A stretch of DNA of 64,000 nucleotides from Clostridia bacterium (lineage in GTDB: Bacteria; Bacillota; Clostridia; Christensenellales; Borkfalkiaceae), in assembly GCA_017558825.1 (NCBI GenBank), contig JAFYTO010000009.1, positions 5,617-69,616 of the forward strand, read 5' to 3'. The position numbers and the translations under genes were made by a program. Of this stretch, positions 37,024-46,406 are shown piece after piece. The number at the start of each line of letters is the position of its first letter. Position 1 is the stretch's first letter. The notes below the pieces were generated by a model that was given only the letters and a program-made list of their open reading frames with translations, was not told the DNA's origin and ran no database searches.

Positions 37024-38143
37024 CGAGGCACAAAAGAAAGAGTTTTTTATTAAAAAAGTAAAAGAAATTTGTAGTAGATGGTTTATTACGGCATTTTCTG
37101 GAATGGCGCAAGGTCTTTTTTGCACTTTAATTGCGGGAACCATTTTAGCTCAAATAGCAAGCTGGATAGGCTTGTCTAACTACTTTGGAAAAACGCTTAA
37201 CACTATTGCAAGTATTGCAAAATCTTTAATGGGTGCTGGCATTGGCGTTGGTATTGCGTTTTCACTTAAAAAGAGTAAGCTTTTAATCTTTTCTGCAGCA
37301 GTTGCAGGCTTTGTTGGTGCTTTTAGCGATAAACTTATTTTTGGCGGTACAGGCTTAACGGTTTTAAATTTAGGTGCGCCAGGAAATCCTATTGGTGCTT
37401 ACGTTGCTACAATGCTTGTTGTAGAAATTGTTGAGCTTTACGCTGGCAAAACTAAGCTTGATATTATTTTAATTCCTATTGGAACGTTATTACTTTCGTT
37501 TGCAGGCGTTTACGTGGCGTGGCCGTTTGTAAAACTCATTGACTTATTTGCTTCGCTTTTAGTAATTTTAATTAACGCTGGCTCTGCAATAAAAGTTATT
37601 ACCGGTATAGTTATTGCAATAGTTATGGGCATTCTTTTAACAATGCCAACCTCATCTGCGGCAATTTGGCTTGCAATAGCAGGTTCTAATACTGCGCTTA
37701 GCAATCCGGAAGTGTTTGCAATAGCAGGCGGAGCTGCGGTTGCGGGCTGTGCGGCGCACATGGTTGGCTTTGCAGTTGCTTCTTTTAAAGAAAACGGCGT
37801 TAGTGGTTTGATTTCACAAGGTATTGGCACAAGTATGCTTCAAATTCCTAATATTATGAAGAAGCCTATTATTATGCTTCCTCAAATTATCTCAAGTGCA
37901 GTTTGCGGTTTAGTTGCAGTGCTTTTAGATATGCGCTGTAATGCTGCAGGCGGTGGTATGGGCACTAGTGGTTTAGTGGGTGTGTTCGGCGTTATTGATG
38001 CGTCAGCCACTATTCCTCCACTCCAAATGATACTTGCTATTGCGCTTACAATGTTTATTTTACCTACGGTAATTTCTTATTTTACAACGCTTTTTATGCG
38101 CAAAAAAGGCTGGATAAAAGACGGCGATATGAAACTTGATTAA
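37016..38143 (+). CDS. PTS EIIC-2-type membrane protein (orphan EIIC-like)
   Basis: 375-aa polytopic, Gly/Ala-rich ORF. The N-terminus RWFITAFSGMAQGLFCTLIAGTI resembles the PTS_EIIC_2 family. It overlaps the phosphoesterase gene by 8 nt. Confidence 0.6.
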   Translation: MSNEAQKKEFFIKKVKEICSRWFITAFSGMAQGLFCTLIAGTILAQIASWIGLSNYFGKTLNTIASIAKSLMGAGIGVGIAFSLKKSKLLIFSAAVAGFVGAFSDKLIFGGTGLTVLNLGAPGNPIGAYVATMLVVEIVELYAGKTKLDIILIPIGTLLLSFAGVYVAWPFVKLIDLFASLLVILINAGSAIKVITGIVIAIVMGILLTMPTSSAAIWLAIAGSNTALSNPEVFAIAGGAAVAGCAAHMVGFAVASFKENGVSGLISQGIGTSMLQIPNIMKKPIIMLPQIISSAVCGLVAVLLDMRCNAAGGGMGTSGLVGVFGVIDASATIPPLQMILAIALTMFILPTVISYFTTLFMRKKGWIKDGDMKLD

Positions 38144-38192
38144 AATTCATATAAACAAAAATCCCTTCATAAAATAATGAGGGGATTTTTTT

Positions 38193-38450
38193 ATGGAAAT
38201 AATTAATCATACTTTAACTTTAGAAAATAGAAAGCGCATTTGCTTAACGGCAGTTTTAGAGGTTTTGGCATTTTCAGATAAAGAAATTAGATTAAAGCTT
38301 AAAAACAATGAAGTGTTAATATTGAACGGGGAAAATTTAAAAATAGTATGCTTTGACTCGTCTAACGCTAATTTTACCGCAAGCGGAAACATTGTGAGTA
38401 TAAGATATAGAACGTCTAGTGCTCCTTTAGTAAAAAAGGTGTTTAAATAA
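38193..38450 (+). CDS. yabP: Sporulation protein YabP
   Basis: 85-aa ORF. The LTLENRKRICLTAV start is typical of YabP, and the yabP-yabQ-divIC synteny is conserved. Confidence 0.8.
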   Translation: MEIINHTLTLENRKRICLTAVLEVLAFSDKEIRLKLKNNEVLILNGENLKIVCFDSSNANFTASGNIVSIRYRTSSAPLVKKVFK

Positions 38451-38935
38451 TGTTTGCAACTATTGATGAACCGCGTATTATGCTTTGCTGTTTTGCCTTT
38501 GGGGGAATAATTGGTTTTTTATACGAGCCGTTCTATTTTTTGAATTTAATTATTAAGTCTAAAGTGGTTAACCACTTGTTAAACAGTGTGTGGTGGCTAA
38601 TAGTTTCCATTCTTTTTATATTTTTTAGTTATTATTTTAATCTTGGCAATTTTAGGGTGTATAAATTAGAGGTAATTTTAGTGGGATTACTATTTTATTT
38701 TAATAGTTTTCATAAAATTATTGCAATTTTTTTAAATAGAGTATATAATAAGTACGATAAGTTTTTAAAAAAGAGAAAGTTAAAAAGGTTAAAAAATGAC
38801 GCTACAAAAAAAGAAAAGAGCGCTTTCGGCACTTATTTCAGGCGCGATAATGTTGTTTACAATATTGGTGGCAATACTCGTGTACCAAGTAATAAGCATA
38901 GTGCAAAAATACAACGAAATAAAAAGATTAGATGA
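38450..38935 (+). CDS. yabQ: Spore cortex biosynthesis protein YabQ
   Basis: 161-aa ORF with 3-4 TM segments, directly after yabP (ATAATG overlap). Its basic C-terminal tail overlaps divIC. Confidence 0.65.
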   Translation: MFATIDEPRIMLCCFAFGGIIGFLYEPFYFLNLIIKSKVVNHLLNSVWWLIVSILFIFFSYYFNLGNFRVYKLEVILVGLLFYFNSFHKIIAIFLNRVYNKYDKFLKKRKLKRLKNDATKKEKSAFGTYFRRDNVVYNIGGNTRVPSNKHSAKIQRNKKIR

Positions 38936-39059
38936 AGAAATTTATCAAATTCAAGCGGAAATAGACTCTACGCGTTCCGAAATTGAAAGTTGGGGCTATG
39001 CCTGGAAAATTGAAGAAAGGGCGCGTGAATTAGGTTTATATTTTGGTAACAATGAATAA
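38796..39059 (+). CDS. divIC: Septum formation initiator (DivIC/FtsB family)
   Basis: 87-aa ORF with a single TM (ALISGAIMLFTILVAILVY) followed by a coiled coil (EIKRLDEEIYQIQAEID). Confidence 0.75.
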   Translation: MTLQKKKRALSALISGAIMLFTILVAILVYQVISIVQKYNEIKRLDEEIYQIQAEIDSTRSEIESWGYAWKIEERARELGLYFGNNE

Positions 39060-39933
39060 TTCAACTTCTTCCATTGCGATTTTAGATATTGGTAGTAACT
39101 CCGTGCGTCTTCTTATAACGAACGGAGTTTTTTTTAACAAAAAACTTATCACAACAAGACTTGCGGAAAATAAAACCGAAGCTGGCGAACTTGATTTAAC
39201 GTCTGCTTATAGAACGGTTAACGCTATAGCGGATTTAAAAAAAGAGGCGGAAGATTTGGGAGTTAACCAAATTTATGCCTTTGCAACTGAAGCTGTAAGG
39301 TCGGCAAAAAACAAAACTCAATTTTTAGAACTCGTTAAAAAAGTGGCAAACGTTAACGTTGACGTTTTGAGTGGCGATTTGGAAGCTGAAACAGGTCTTT
39401 TGGGCGCAAATTTTGGTCAAGACGGTTCTATTATTGATATAGGCGGTGCTAGCACTGAAATTGCCGTTCAAAGGAGCGGACAAGTAATTTACAAAAAAAG
39501 CGTTGCTTTAGGTGCGGTGGCGTTAAAGCAAATGTCGTTTAAAAGTAATAGCGAACTAAAATCATACGTTGACAGTGCTGTTTTAGCTTTTAAAGACGCG
39601 CCCGTGTTTAACGTTAAGGCTATAGGCGGAACTTCAACGGCGCTTGCTAGTGTAGATTTAAAATTAAAGGTTTATGACAGTAACTATACTGACGGTCATT
39701 ATATACCCCGTAAAAACCTTGAAGAAATAACGAGCGAGGCGTTTAACGTTGAGCCTAGCGTTTTATGCGAACGCTATGCAATAACTAAAAGCCGCGCGGA
39801 GGTTTTAAGTGCTGGTGCATACGTTTTGTTAAGCATACTAAAAACGCTTGGCTTAGACGGTGTTCAAGTTAGTGAGAAAGATAATTTAGAAGGATATTTT
39901 TATAAAGTAGTAAAAGGATATGAAGAACAGTAA
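39052..39933 (+). CDS. Ppx/GppA-family phosphatase
   Basis: Motifs IAILDIGSNSVRLL and IIDIGGASTE (ASKHA fold). ATG 39052 is preferred over the TTG at 39043. Confidence 0.8.
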   Translation: MNNSTSSIAILDIGSNSVRLLITNGVFFNKKLITTRLAENKTEAGELDLTSAYRTVNAIADLKKEAEDLGVNQIYAFATEAVRSAKNKTQFLELVKKVANVNVDVLSGDLEAETGLLGANFGQDGSIIDIGGASTEIAVQRSGQVIYKKSVALGAVALKQMSFKSNSELKSYVDSAVLAFKDAPVFNVKAIGGTSTALASVDLKLKVYDSNYTDGHYIPRKNLEEITSEAFNVEPSVLCERYAITKSRAEVLSAGAYVLLSILKTLGLDGVQVSEKDNLEGYFYKVVKGYEEQ

Positions 39934-41002
39934 CGTAATTTTAAAAACGGTTTTAAACGTGCTTATTGCTCTAATTGCACTTGGGCTATACGTTCTTGCA
40001 ATAGTGAATGCTTACGGGCTTTATAACGGAAATTTGCTTGTTTACGCTGTGCTTTTAGTGGCTGGCGCAATACTTTCAACGTTTATATATTCACTAGTTC
40101 ACGAATTGGGGCATTTAATTGCAGGGCTTATAGCAGGTCTTAAATTTTCTAAAATTTGCGTTTTAATATTTTTATTAGAACTTGAAAATGAAAAACTTAA
40201 ATTTAAATTGGTAAAACCTACTGAATTCGGCTATACTGAAATGCTTCCTAAACATCAAAAAGACTACGGCGAAAAACTTGCTGTTTCTGCTACGGGAGGG
40301 CTGGTATTTTCAGTTTTAATAGCACTTGCTTCAATGGCGGTTTGTATAAACAATTTAGAAAACGTTTATATGTTTACGTTGTTTGGCGCAAGCTACCCAC
40401 TTGCTCTTTACATCTTTTTTGTAAACGCTTTACCATTTTTTAATTCTAGTGACGGCGCGTTAATATTTTCAATCTTGGCAGAAGATAAAAACTCTGCATT
40501 AAAAAATTATTACAGTGTTATGGCAAGCGTTTTAACAGGTGTTGAGCCTGGCGAAATCAAGCAAGGTCAGCTTGAAATTTTTAACGATAAACCGTATTCG
40601 CAAAACTTAAAATATATTAAATATTTGCACTATTTAAACACTGATTTTGATAAGGCTTACGAGTATATTTTAAATCTTTCAAAATCGCAAATTATTGATG
40701 ATGATTTGTATTTTATTGTTAAAAAAGAAATCTTTTTCTGTAAGGCAGTTTTAGGAGATGAGGGCTTTATAGAAGAGAATGCCTTTAATATTGTTGGAGA
40801 TATTGACGTTAGTGATGATTTATGTAACTATAGAGTTCACGCAACGTATCGCATATTTATAAAAGACTATAAAGTTGCAGGGTTAATACTTAAAAACGGT
40901 GTTGACGTTTTAAGTAAAAAAGCGCAAAACGGCTTTGTTAAAAGCGAGCTTAAATACTTAAAAGATTTGCAAAATCAATTAAATAATTTAGAAAGCCTTT
41001 AG
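39920..41002 (+). CDS. M50-family (site-2 protease-like) intramembrane metalloprotease with a C-terminal soluble domain
   Basis: 360-aa ORF with HELGH inside a TM segment (SLVHELGHLIAG) and a second motif NALPFFNSSDG (N-x-x-P-x-x-x-x-D-G). Confidence 0.65.
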   Translation: MKNSNVILKTVLNVLIALIALGLYVLAIVNAYGLYNGNLLVYAVLLVAGAILSTFIYSLVHELGHLIAGLIAGLKFSKICVLIFLLELENEKLKFKLVKPTEFGYTEMLPKHQKDYGEKLAVSATGGLVFSVLIALASMAVCINNLENVYMFTLFGASYPLALYIFFVNALPFFNSSDGALIFSILAEDKNSALKNYYSVMASVLTGVEPGEIKQGQLEIFNDKPYSQNLKYIKYLHYLNTDFDKAYEYILNLSKSQIIDDDLYFIVKKEIFFCKAVLGDEGFIEENAFNIVGDIDVSDDLCNYRVHATYRIFIKDYKVAGLILKNGVDVLSKKAQNGFVKSELKYLKDLQNQLNNLESL

Positions 41003-41115
41003 GAAATTTAAAGGCTTTTTTTATTAAATTTTTTGCAAAATTTATAAGAAAGTGGAAAAAAGTGGCAAAAACCGCTTTTATTTTTTAATAAAAAATAAAA
41101 AATTTATAAAAACAC

Positions 41116-41143
41116 TTGCAAAAATTTTGCTATATGTTATAAT
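41116..41143 (+). promoter_or_regulatory. Predicted sigma-A promoter of gyrBA
   Basis: TTGCAA (41116-41121), a 16-nt spacer, then an extended -10 TGtTATAAT (hexamer 41138-41143). Confidence 0.5.
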
Positions 41144-41203
41144 ATACTTAATATATTATATACTATATACAATATTTTGTTATTTGTTTTATAGGAGGGG
41201 TTT

Positions 41204-43114
41204 ATGGATACCGAAAATAAAGTTGTAAATGAATACGGCGCCGACCAGATTAGGGAGTGTAAAGGCTTAGAGCATATAAGGCTTAGGCCAGGTATGTACA
41301 TTCGTAACACTGATGCGTACGGTCTTCACCACCTTGTTAAAGAAACGGTGGATAACTCTATTGACGAAGCCTTAGCAGGTTACTGTGATACTATTACGGT
41401 TACCATTTTGGCAGATGGTTCTTGCTCTATTCGCGATAACGGTCGTGGCATACCAACAGGTATGAGAGAAGAAGGTATTTCTACCGTAGAACTTGTTATG
41501 ACGCACCCAAATGCAGGCGGTAAGTTTGGTGGTGGCGGTTATGAAATTTCTTCGGGCTTACACGGCGTTGGTTTAAAGGCGGTAAACGCGCTTTCTGAAA
41601 CTGCCAGCGTTGACGTTTATCAAAACGGCAAGCATTACAGGCAAGAATATAAAATCGGCGTTCCACAAACCGAACTCTTAGTTTTAGAAGATAGTAACGA
41701 AACGGGAACTCGCGTAACGTTTAAGCCAGACCCTACAATCTTCTCTACCGTTGATTTTAGTTACGAAACTATAAAAGGTATGCTTCGTGACTTTGCCTTT
41801 TTAAATACGGGCGTAAGGCTTGTTTTAACTGATGAGCGTGGCGGCAACGTTAGGACTGAAGAAATGTACAGCGAAGGCGGTATTAAGGAATACGTTGAAG
41901 TCCTTAATAGAAACAAAGAAGTTTTAACTAGCGAACCCGTTTACTTTAAAAAGAAATACGGAAAAGAGACAATTGAAATCGCATTCCAATATAACGACGG
42001 TTATAACGAACAAATTTTAGCCTTTGCAAATAACGTAAACAACGTTGAAGGCGGTACTCATCTTGACGGTTTTAAGGCGTCTTTAACAAAAATTATTAAC
42101 GATGCTGGCAAAAGGCTTAACCTTTTAAAAAATGACGATGATAAGCTTTCTGGCGAAGACGTTAGGGAAGGTATTACAGCTGTAATTTCAGTAAAGCTCG
42201 TTAACCCTCAATTTGAAGGTCAAACAAAAACTAAACTTGGTAATGCTGATATAAGAACTTTAGTTACTAAAGCTATGAACGAAGAGTTTGCTTCAAGCCT
42301 TGAGGAAAATCCAAGTTTTGCAAAAGAGTTAATATATAAGTGTTTAACGGCTAAAAAGGCGCGTGAAGCGGCAAGAAAGGCGCGTGAGGCTACTAGAAAG
42401 AGCGTGTTTGAATCAACGGCTCTACCAGGCAAATTGGCTGACTGTTCAAGTAAAGACCCTGAACTTTGCGAAATCTATATTGTAGAAGGTGATTCCGCAG
42501 GCGGAACTGCTAAGCAAGGTAGAGATAGGCGCTTCCAAGCAATTCTTCCACTTCGCGGCAAAATTCTTAACGTTGAAAAAACTCGTATCAATAGAGTTTT
42601 AGAAAATGAAGAAATTAAGGCTATGATTACTGCTTTTGGCGGTGGTATGCTTGATGATTTTGATATTACTAAAATTAGATACGATAGAGTTATTTGTATG
42701 ACGGACGCGGACGTTGACGGTTCGCATATTAGAATACTTTTATTAACGTTCTTCTACCGTTATATGCGTCCACTCATTGAAGAAGGTCACGTTTATATTG
42801 CTCAACCTCCACTTTACAAAATAAGCAAAGGTAAGCAAGAGCATTATTTCTATACTGAAGAAGATAAAGAAGCGTTCTTACAAGAGAACGAAAAATGGGA
42901 TATTCAACGCTATAAAGGTCTTGGTGAAATGGACAAAGATCAACTTTGGGAAACTACAATGAACCCAGAAACAAGAACTTTAAGGCGCGTAACTATAAAA
43001 GACGCGGTTGAAGCGGACGCTCAATTTACAATTTTAATGGGCGAACAACCGGAATTAAGGCGTAAGTTTATTGAAGAAAACGCAAAATACGCTAACGCTG
43101 AACTTGACGTATAA
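41204..43114 (+). CDS. gyrB: DNA gyrase subunit B
   Basis: 636-aa ORF with GLHHLVKETVDNSIDE, Toprim EGDSAGG and PLRGKILNVE. Confidence 0.95.
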   Translation: MDTENKVVNEYGADQIRECKGLEHIRLRPGMYIRNTDAYGLHHLVKETVDNSIDEALAGYCDTITVTILADGSCSIRDNGRGIPTGMREEGISTVELVMTHPNAGGKFGGGGYEISSGLHGVGLKAVNALSETASVDVYQNGKHYRQEYKIGVPQTELLVLEDSNETGTRVTFKPDPTIFSTVDFSYETIKGMLRDFAFLNTGVRLVLTDERGGNVRTEEMYSEGGIKEYVEVLNRNKEVLTSEPVYFKKKYGKETIEIAFQYNDGYNEQILAFANNVNNVEGGTHLDGFKASLTKIINDAGKRLNLLKNDDDKLSGEDVREGITAVISVKLVNPQFEGQTKTKLGNADIRTLVTKAMNEEFASSLEENPSFAKELIYKCLTAKKAREAARKAREATRKSVFESTALPGKLADCSSKDPELCEIYIVEGDSAGGTAKQGRDRRFQAILPLRGKILNVEKTRINRVLENEEIKAMITAFGGGMLDDFDITKIRYDRVICMTDADVDGSHIRILLLTFFYRYMRPLIEEGHVYIAQPPLYKISKGKQEHYFYTEEDKEAFLQENEKWDIQRYKGLGEMDKDQLWETTMNPETRTLRRVTIKDAVEADAQFTILMGEQPELRRKFIEENAKYANAELDV

Positions 43115-43129
43115 TAGGAGGGAATAAGA

Positions 43130-45688
43130 ATGGCTAAACAAATTATTAGTGAAGAATTATCTGCCGAATTTAAACGAACGCTTGGCATGACTAAACTTGT
43201 TGACATTGAAGTTAATGCCGAACTTAAACAAAGTTTCATTGACTACGCTATGGCCGTTAATAGGTCACGCGCTATTCCTGACGTTAGGGACGGTTTAAAA
43301 CCTGTTCACAGAAGAATACTTTACTCAATGAACGAAATGGGCTTAACGCCTGATAAACCTTATAAAAAGTGTGCTGCCATTGTCGGTGACGTGCTTGGTA
43401 AATACCACCCACACGGTGACAGTTCAGTTTACGATGCTCTTGTAAGACTTGCTCAAGATTTCTCAATAAATCTTCCGCTTGTTGACGGGCACGGTAACTT
43501 TGGTTCAGTTGACGGCGACCCTGCCGCAGCTTATAGATATACCGAAGCTCGTATGAGCAAACTTTCGCTTGAAATGCTTGCAGACATTGATAAAAATACA
43601 GTTGACTGCAAAGCAAACTTTGACGATACTCGTAAAGAACCTGTAGTTCTTCCTGCAAGATATCCTAACCTTTTAGTAAACGGTTCTGACGGTATTGCCG
43701 TTGGTATGGCAACAAATATTCCGCCACACAATTTAGGCGAGGTTATAGACGGTGCTATTGCGCTTATAGACAACCCTGAAATTACAGTTGATGAACTTAT
43801 GGAACACATTCCAGCGCCAGACTTTCCTACGGGCGGTATTTTAATGGGTAGAAGCGGAATTAGAAACGCTTACAGAACAGGCAGGGGCGGTTACGTATTG
43901 CGCTCTAAATGCGAAATTGAAGAGTATAACAACGGAACGCGCTCACGCATTATCGTTACTGAAATTCCATACCAAGTAAATAAGCAAAAACTTATTGAAA
44001 CTATTGCCGATTACGTTAAAGACAAGAAAATTGAAGGCATTGCTAATATTAACGATGAGTCTGACCGTCACGGTATGCGCATAGTTATTGATATTAAAAA
44101 AGATGCTAATCCGCAAGTTGTTTTAAATACTTTATATAAACAAACAAGGCTTCAAATTTCAGACGGTATTATTTTACTTGCTCTTGTTGGCACTGACCCT
44201 AAAGTATTAAATATTAAAGATATTTTATATTACTATTTACTTCATCAAAGAGACGTTATTAGAAGAAGAACTAAATACGACCTTGATAAAGCTGAAGAAA
44301 GATGCTTAATAGTTAAGGGCTTAATAAAAGCGCTTACAGATATTGATAAAGTTGTTGAAATTATTAAAACTTCACAAGATAGGCAAGAAGCTGCAAAACG
44401 CCTTACTGAAGAACTTGAGTTAGATGCTGAATTTAAACAAGCAAACGCAATACTTGATATGCGTTTACAAACCCTTACTCATTTGGCTGTAAGCAAACTT
44501 GAAAACGAATACGATGAATTAGTTGCCTTGATTGCAGACTATAAAGATATTTTAACTAACCCTCAAAGAGTTGATGCTATTATTAAGGAAGACTTAACGG
44601 TAATTAAATCTAAATATTCTGTTGAAAGAAAAACTGAAATGTCAGTTATGGAAGGCGATATTGAAGATGCTGCCCTTATTCCAGTGGAAGACGTTGTAAT
44701 TTCTATGACTAACTTAGGTTACGTTAAACGTATTCCTATTAGCGAATATCGTGCTCAAAGGCGCGGTGGAAAAGGCATTACAGGTCATAAACCTAAGGAA
44801 GAAGATTTCGTTAATAAAATGTTCGTATCTTCAACGCACGATGACATTATGTTCTTTACAAGCAAAGGTAGAGTGTTCCGCATAAAAGGCTACGAAATAC
44901 CTGAAGCACAAAGAACGGCACGTGGCAGGGCTATTGTTAACTTACTTCAACTTACAGACGGTGAAAAGGTAAATGCTATTATACCGGTAAAAGAAGGCGT
45001 TACAGGCTATATTGCAATGGCAACAAAGAAAGGTTTGATTAAAAAGACAGACCTTAAGGAATTTGACAGTATTAGAAAGACTGGTAAAATTGCAATTAGC
45101 TTAAATGAAGGCGATGAACTTGTTTCTATTCAATTTACCTCTGGTGAAGACGAACTCTTAATTGGCACTAAGAACGGTAAGTGTATAAGGTTCTACGAAG
45201 GTCAAGACGAAAAGGGTGTTTACGGCTTAAAGCCTATTGGACGTGATACTCAAGGCGTTAAAGCTATGGACCTTGACGATGATGACGAACTTGTTGGAAT
45301 GAGCGTTGTTAATAAAGATTTAGAGGTGTTAACAATTACTTCTAACGGTTACGGCAAGAAGAGCAGTCCTGAAGATTATAGAGTTCAAAAGAGAGCTGGT
45401 AAGGGCGTTAAAGCAGGTCAACTTAACGATAAAACAGGTAAACTTGTTTGTCTTACGTTCGTTGCCCCTGATGAAGACGTTATGCTCATTACCGATAACG
45501 GCATAATTATAAGAGTTAAATCAAGTGAAATTTCAACACTTTCACGCGATACGCAAGGCGTTATAGTAATGAGATTAAACGAAGGTCAAGTAGCAACGGT
45601 TGCAGTTGTTCCACACGAAGACGAAGAAGAAATTGTTGACGGAGTTGACGGTGGAGAAGAAATAGCTAGCGAAGAAACCGCAGAATAA
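43130..45688 (+). CDS. gyrA: DNA gyrase subunit A
   Basis: 852-aa ORF with the [17 protein letters not shown] (QRDR) region and the active-site [10 protein letters not shown]. The C-terminal tail is acidic. Confidence 0.95.
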   Translation: MAKQIISEELSAEFKRTLGMTKLVDIEVNAELKQSFIDYAMAVNRSRAIPDVRDGLKPVHRRILYSMNEMGLTPDKPYKKCAAIVGDVLGKYHPHGDSSVYDALVRLAQDFSINLPLVDGHGNFGSVDGDPAAAYRYTEARMSKLSLEMLADIDKNTVDCKANFDDTRKEPVVLPARYPNLLVNGSDGIAVGMATNIPPHNLGEVIDGAIALIDNPEITVDELMEHIPAPDFPTGGILMGRSGIRNAYRTGRGGYVLRSKCEIEEYNNGTRSRIIVTEIPYQVNKQKLIETIADYVKDKKIEGIANINDESDRHGMRIVIDIKKDANPQVVLNTLYKQTRLQISDGIILLALVGTDPKVLNIKDILYYYLLHQRDVIRRRTKYDLDKAEERCLIVKGLIKALTDIDKVVEIIKTSQDRQEAAKRLTEELELDAEFKQANAILDMRLQTLTHLAVSKLENEYDELVALIADYKDILTNPQRVDAIIKEDLTVIKSKYSVERKTEMSVMEGDIEDAALIPVEDVVISMTNLGYVKRIPISEYRAQRRGGKGITGHKPKEEDFVNKMFVSSTHDDIMFFTSKGRVFRIKGYEIPEAQRTARGRAIVNLLQLTDGEKVNAIIPVKEGVTGYIAMATKKGLIKKTDLKEFDSIRKTGKIAISLNEGDELVSIQFTSGEDELLIGTKNGKCIRFYEGQDEKGVYGLKPIGRDTQGVKAMDLDDDDELVGMSVVNKDLEVLTITSNGYGKKSSPEDYRVQKRAGKGVKAGQLNDKTGKLVCLTFVAPDEDVMLITDNGIIIRVKSSEISTLSRDTQGVIVMRLNEGQVATVAVVPHEDEEEIVDGVDGGEEIASEETAE

Positions 45689-45700
45689 TAAAAAATAAAA

Positions 45701-45728
45701 AAAAGCAAGGCAAACGCCTTGCTTTTTT
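45701..45728. repeat. Terminator hairpin, direct-repeat copy A1 (left boundary of cassette 1)
   Basis: AAAAGCAAGGCAAACGCCTTGCTTTTTT (stem GCAAGGC/GCCTTGC, loop AAAC). It is identical over 28 bp to 46368..46395. Confidence 0.9.
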
Positions 45729-45734
45729 TTAATA

Positions 45735-46049
45735 TTAATAATAGTAGTTTAATAAAGATGATAAAGAAATTCCGTAAATAATACCAAAAACAACAGATAT
45801 ACAAATACTAATTACAAAAGCCGTAACCCAACCACTCATAAAAGTTTTTCTTTCCTCAGTTTCAGGTTGGTATATACAAAGACCAATAATTAAGCCAATT
45901 AAGCCTAAAAAGAAACCTAATAAAAGCCCCATACCCTTTTTACTTTCACCAGTGCTTACAGGTGTATTTTTTTTGTTTGTTGCACACCCACAATTTGGGC
46001 AAATAATAGCATCATCATTTATCTCTTTGCCACAAGTTCTACAAAACAT
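45735..46049 (-). CDS. Zinc-ribbon membrane protein
   Basis: MFCRTCGKEINDDAIICPNCG (C-x2-C...C-x2-C) followed by two hydrophobic helices. The ATG at 46049 is preceded by AAAGGAGG. Confidence 0.7.
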   Translation of the reverse strand: MFCRTCGKEINDDAIICPNCGCATNKKNTPVSTGESKKGMGLLLGFFLGLIGLIIGLCIYQPETEERKTFMSGWVTAFVISICISVVFGIIYGISLSSLLNYYY

Positions 46050-46105
46050 AATAAATTCCTCCTTTGAATAAAACTGCATTATTTAATTGCACTGAATTTA
46101 TTATA

Positions 46106-46122
46106 TTCTCAAATATTGAGAA
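46106..46122. promoter_or_regulatory. Inverted repeat TTCTCAA-N3-TTGAGAA in the divergent promoter region of cassette 1
   Basis: Perfect 7-bp arms. A further TTCTCAA half-site lies at 46134..46140, just upstream of the XRE gene. Confidence 0.5.
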
Positions 46123-46160
46123 AGTCAAGTAATTTTCTCAAATTTTGATACAATTATAGT

Positions 46161-46364
46161 ATGAGTAATAAATTTTCTTACAATTTAAAAAAATTAAGAG
46201 TTGAAAGGGGATTGTCGCAAAAACAATTGGCGGAAGTTTTGCAAACTACGCTTAAAACAATTTCGCATTGGGAAACGGGCTATACGGAGCCGTCTATTGA
46301 TTTAATTTTAAGAATATCTACTTATTTTGATATTTCAACCGATGAACTTTTAGGAAAAGAGTAA
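46161..46364 (+). CDS. XRE-family helix-turn-helix transcriptional regulator
   Basis: 67-aa ORF with LKKLRVERGLSQKQLAEVLQTTLKTISHWETG, a canonical HTH_3. Confidence 0.85.
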   Translation: MSNKFSYNLKKLRVERGLSQKQLAEVLQTTLKTISHWETGYTEPSIDLILRISTYFDISTDELLGKE

Positions 46365-46367
46365 AAT

Positions 46368-46395
46368 AAAAGCAAGGCAAACGCCTTGCTTTTTT
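46368..46395. repeat. Terminator hairpin, direct-repeat copy A2 (right boundary of cassette 1)
   Basis: The same 28-bp sequence as 45701..45728. The flanking A/T runs differ only in homopolymer length. Confidence 0.9.
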
Positions 46396-46406
46396 AATGA
46401 TTTTAA

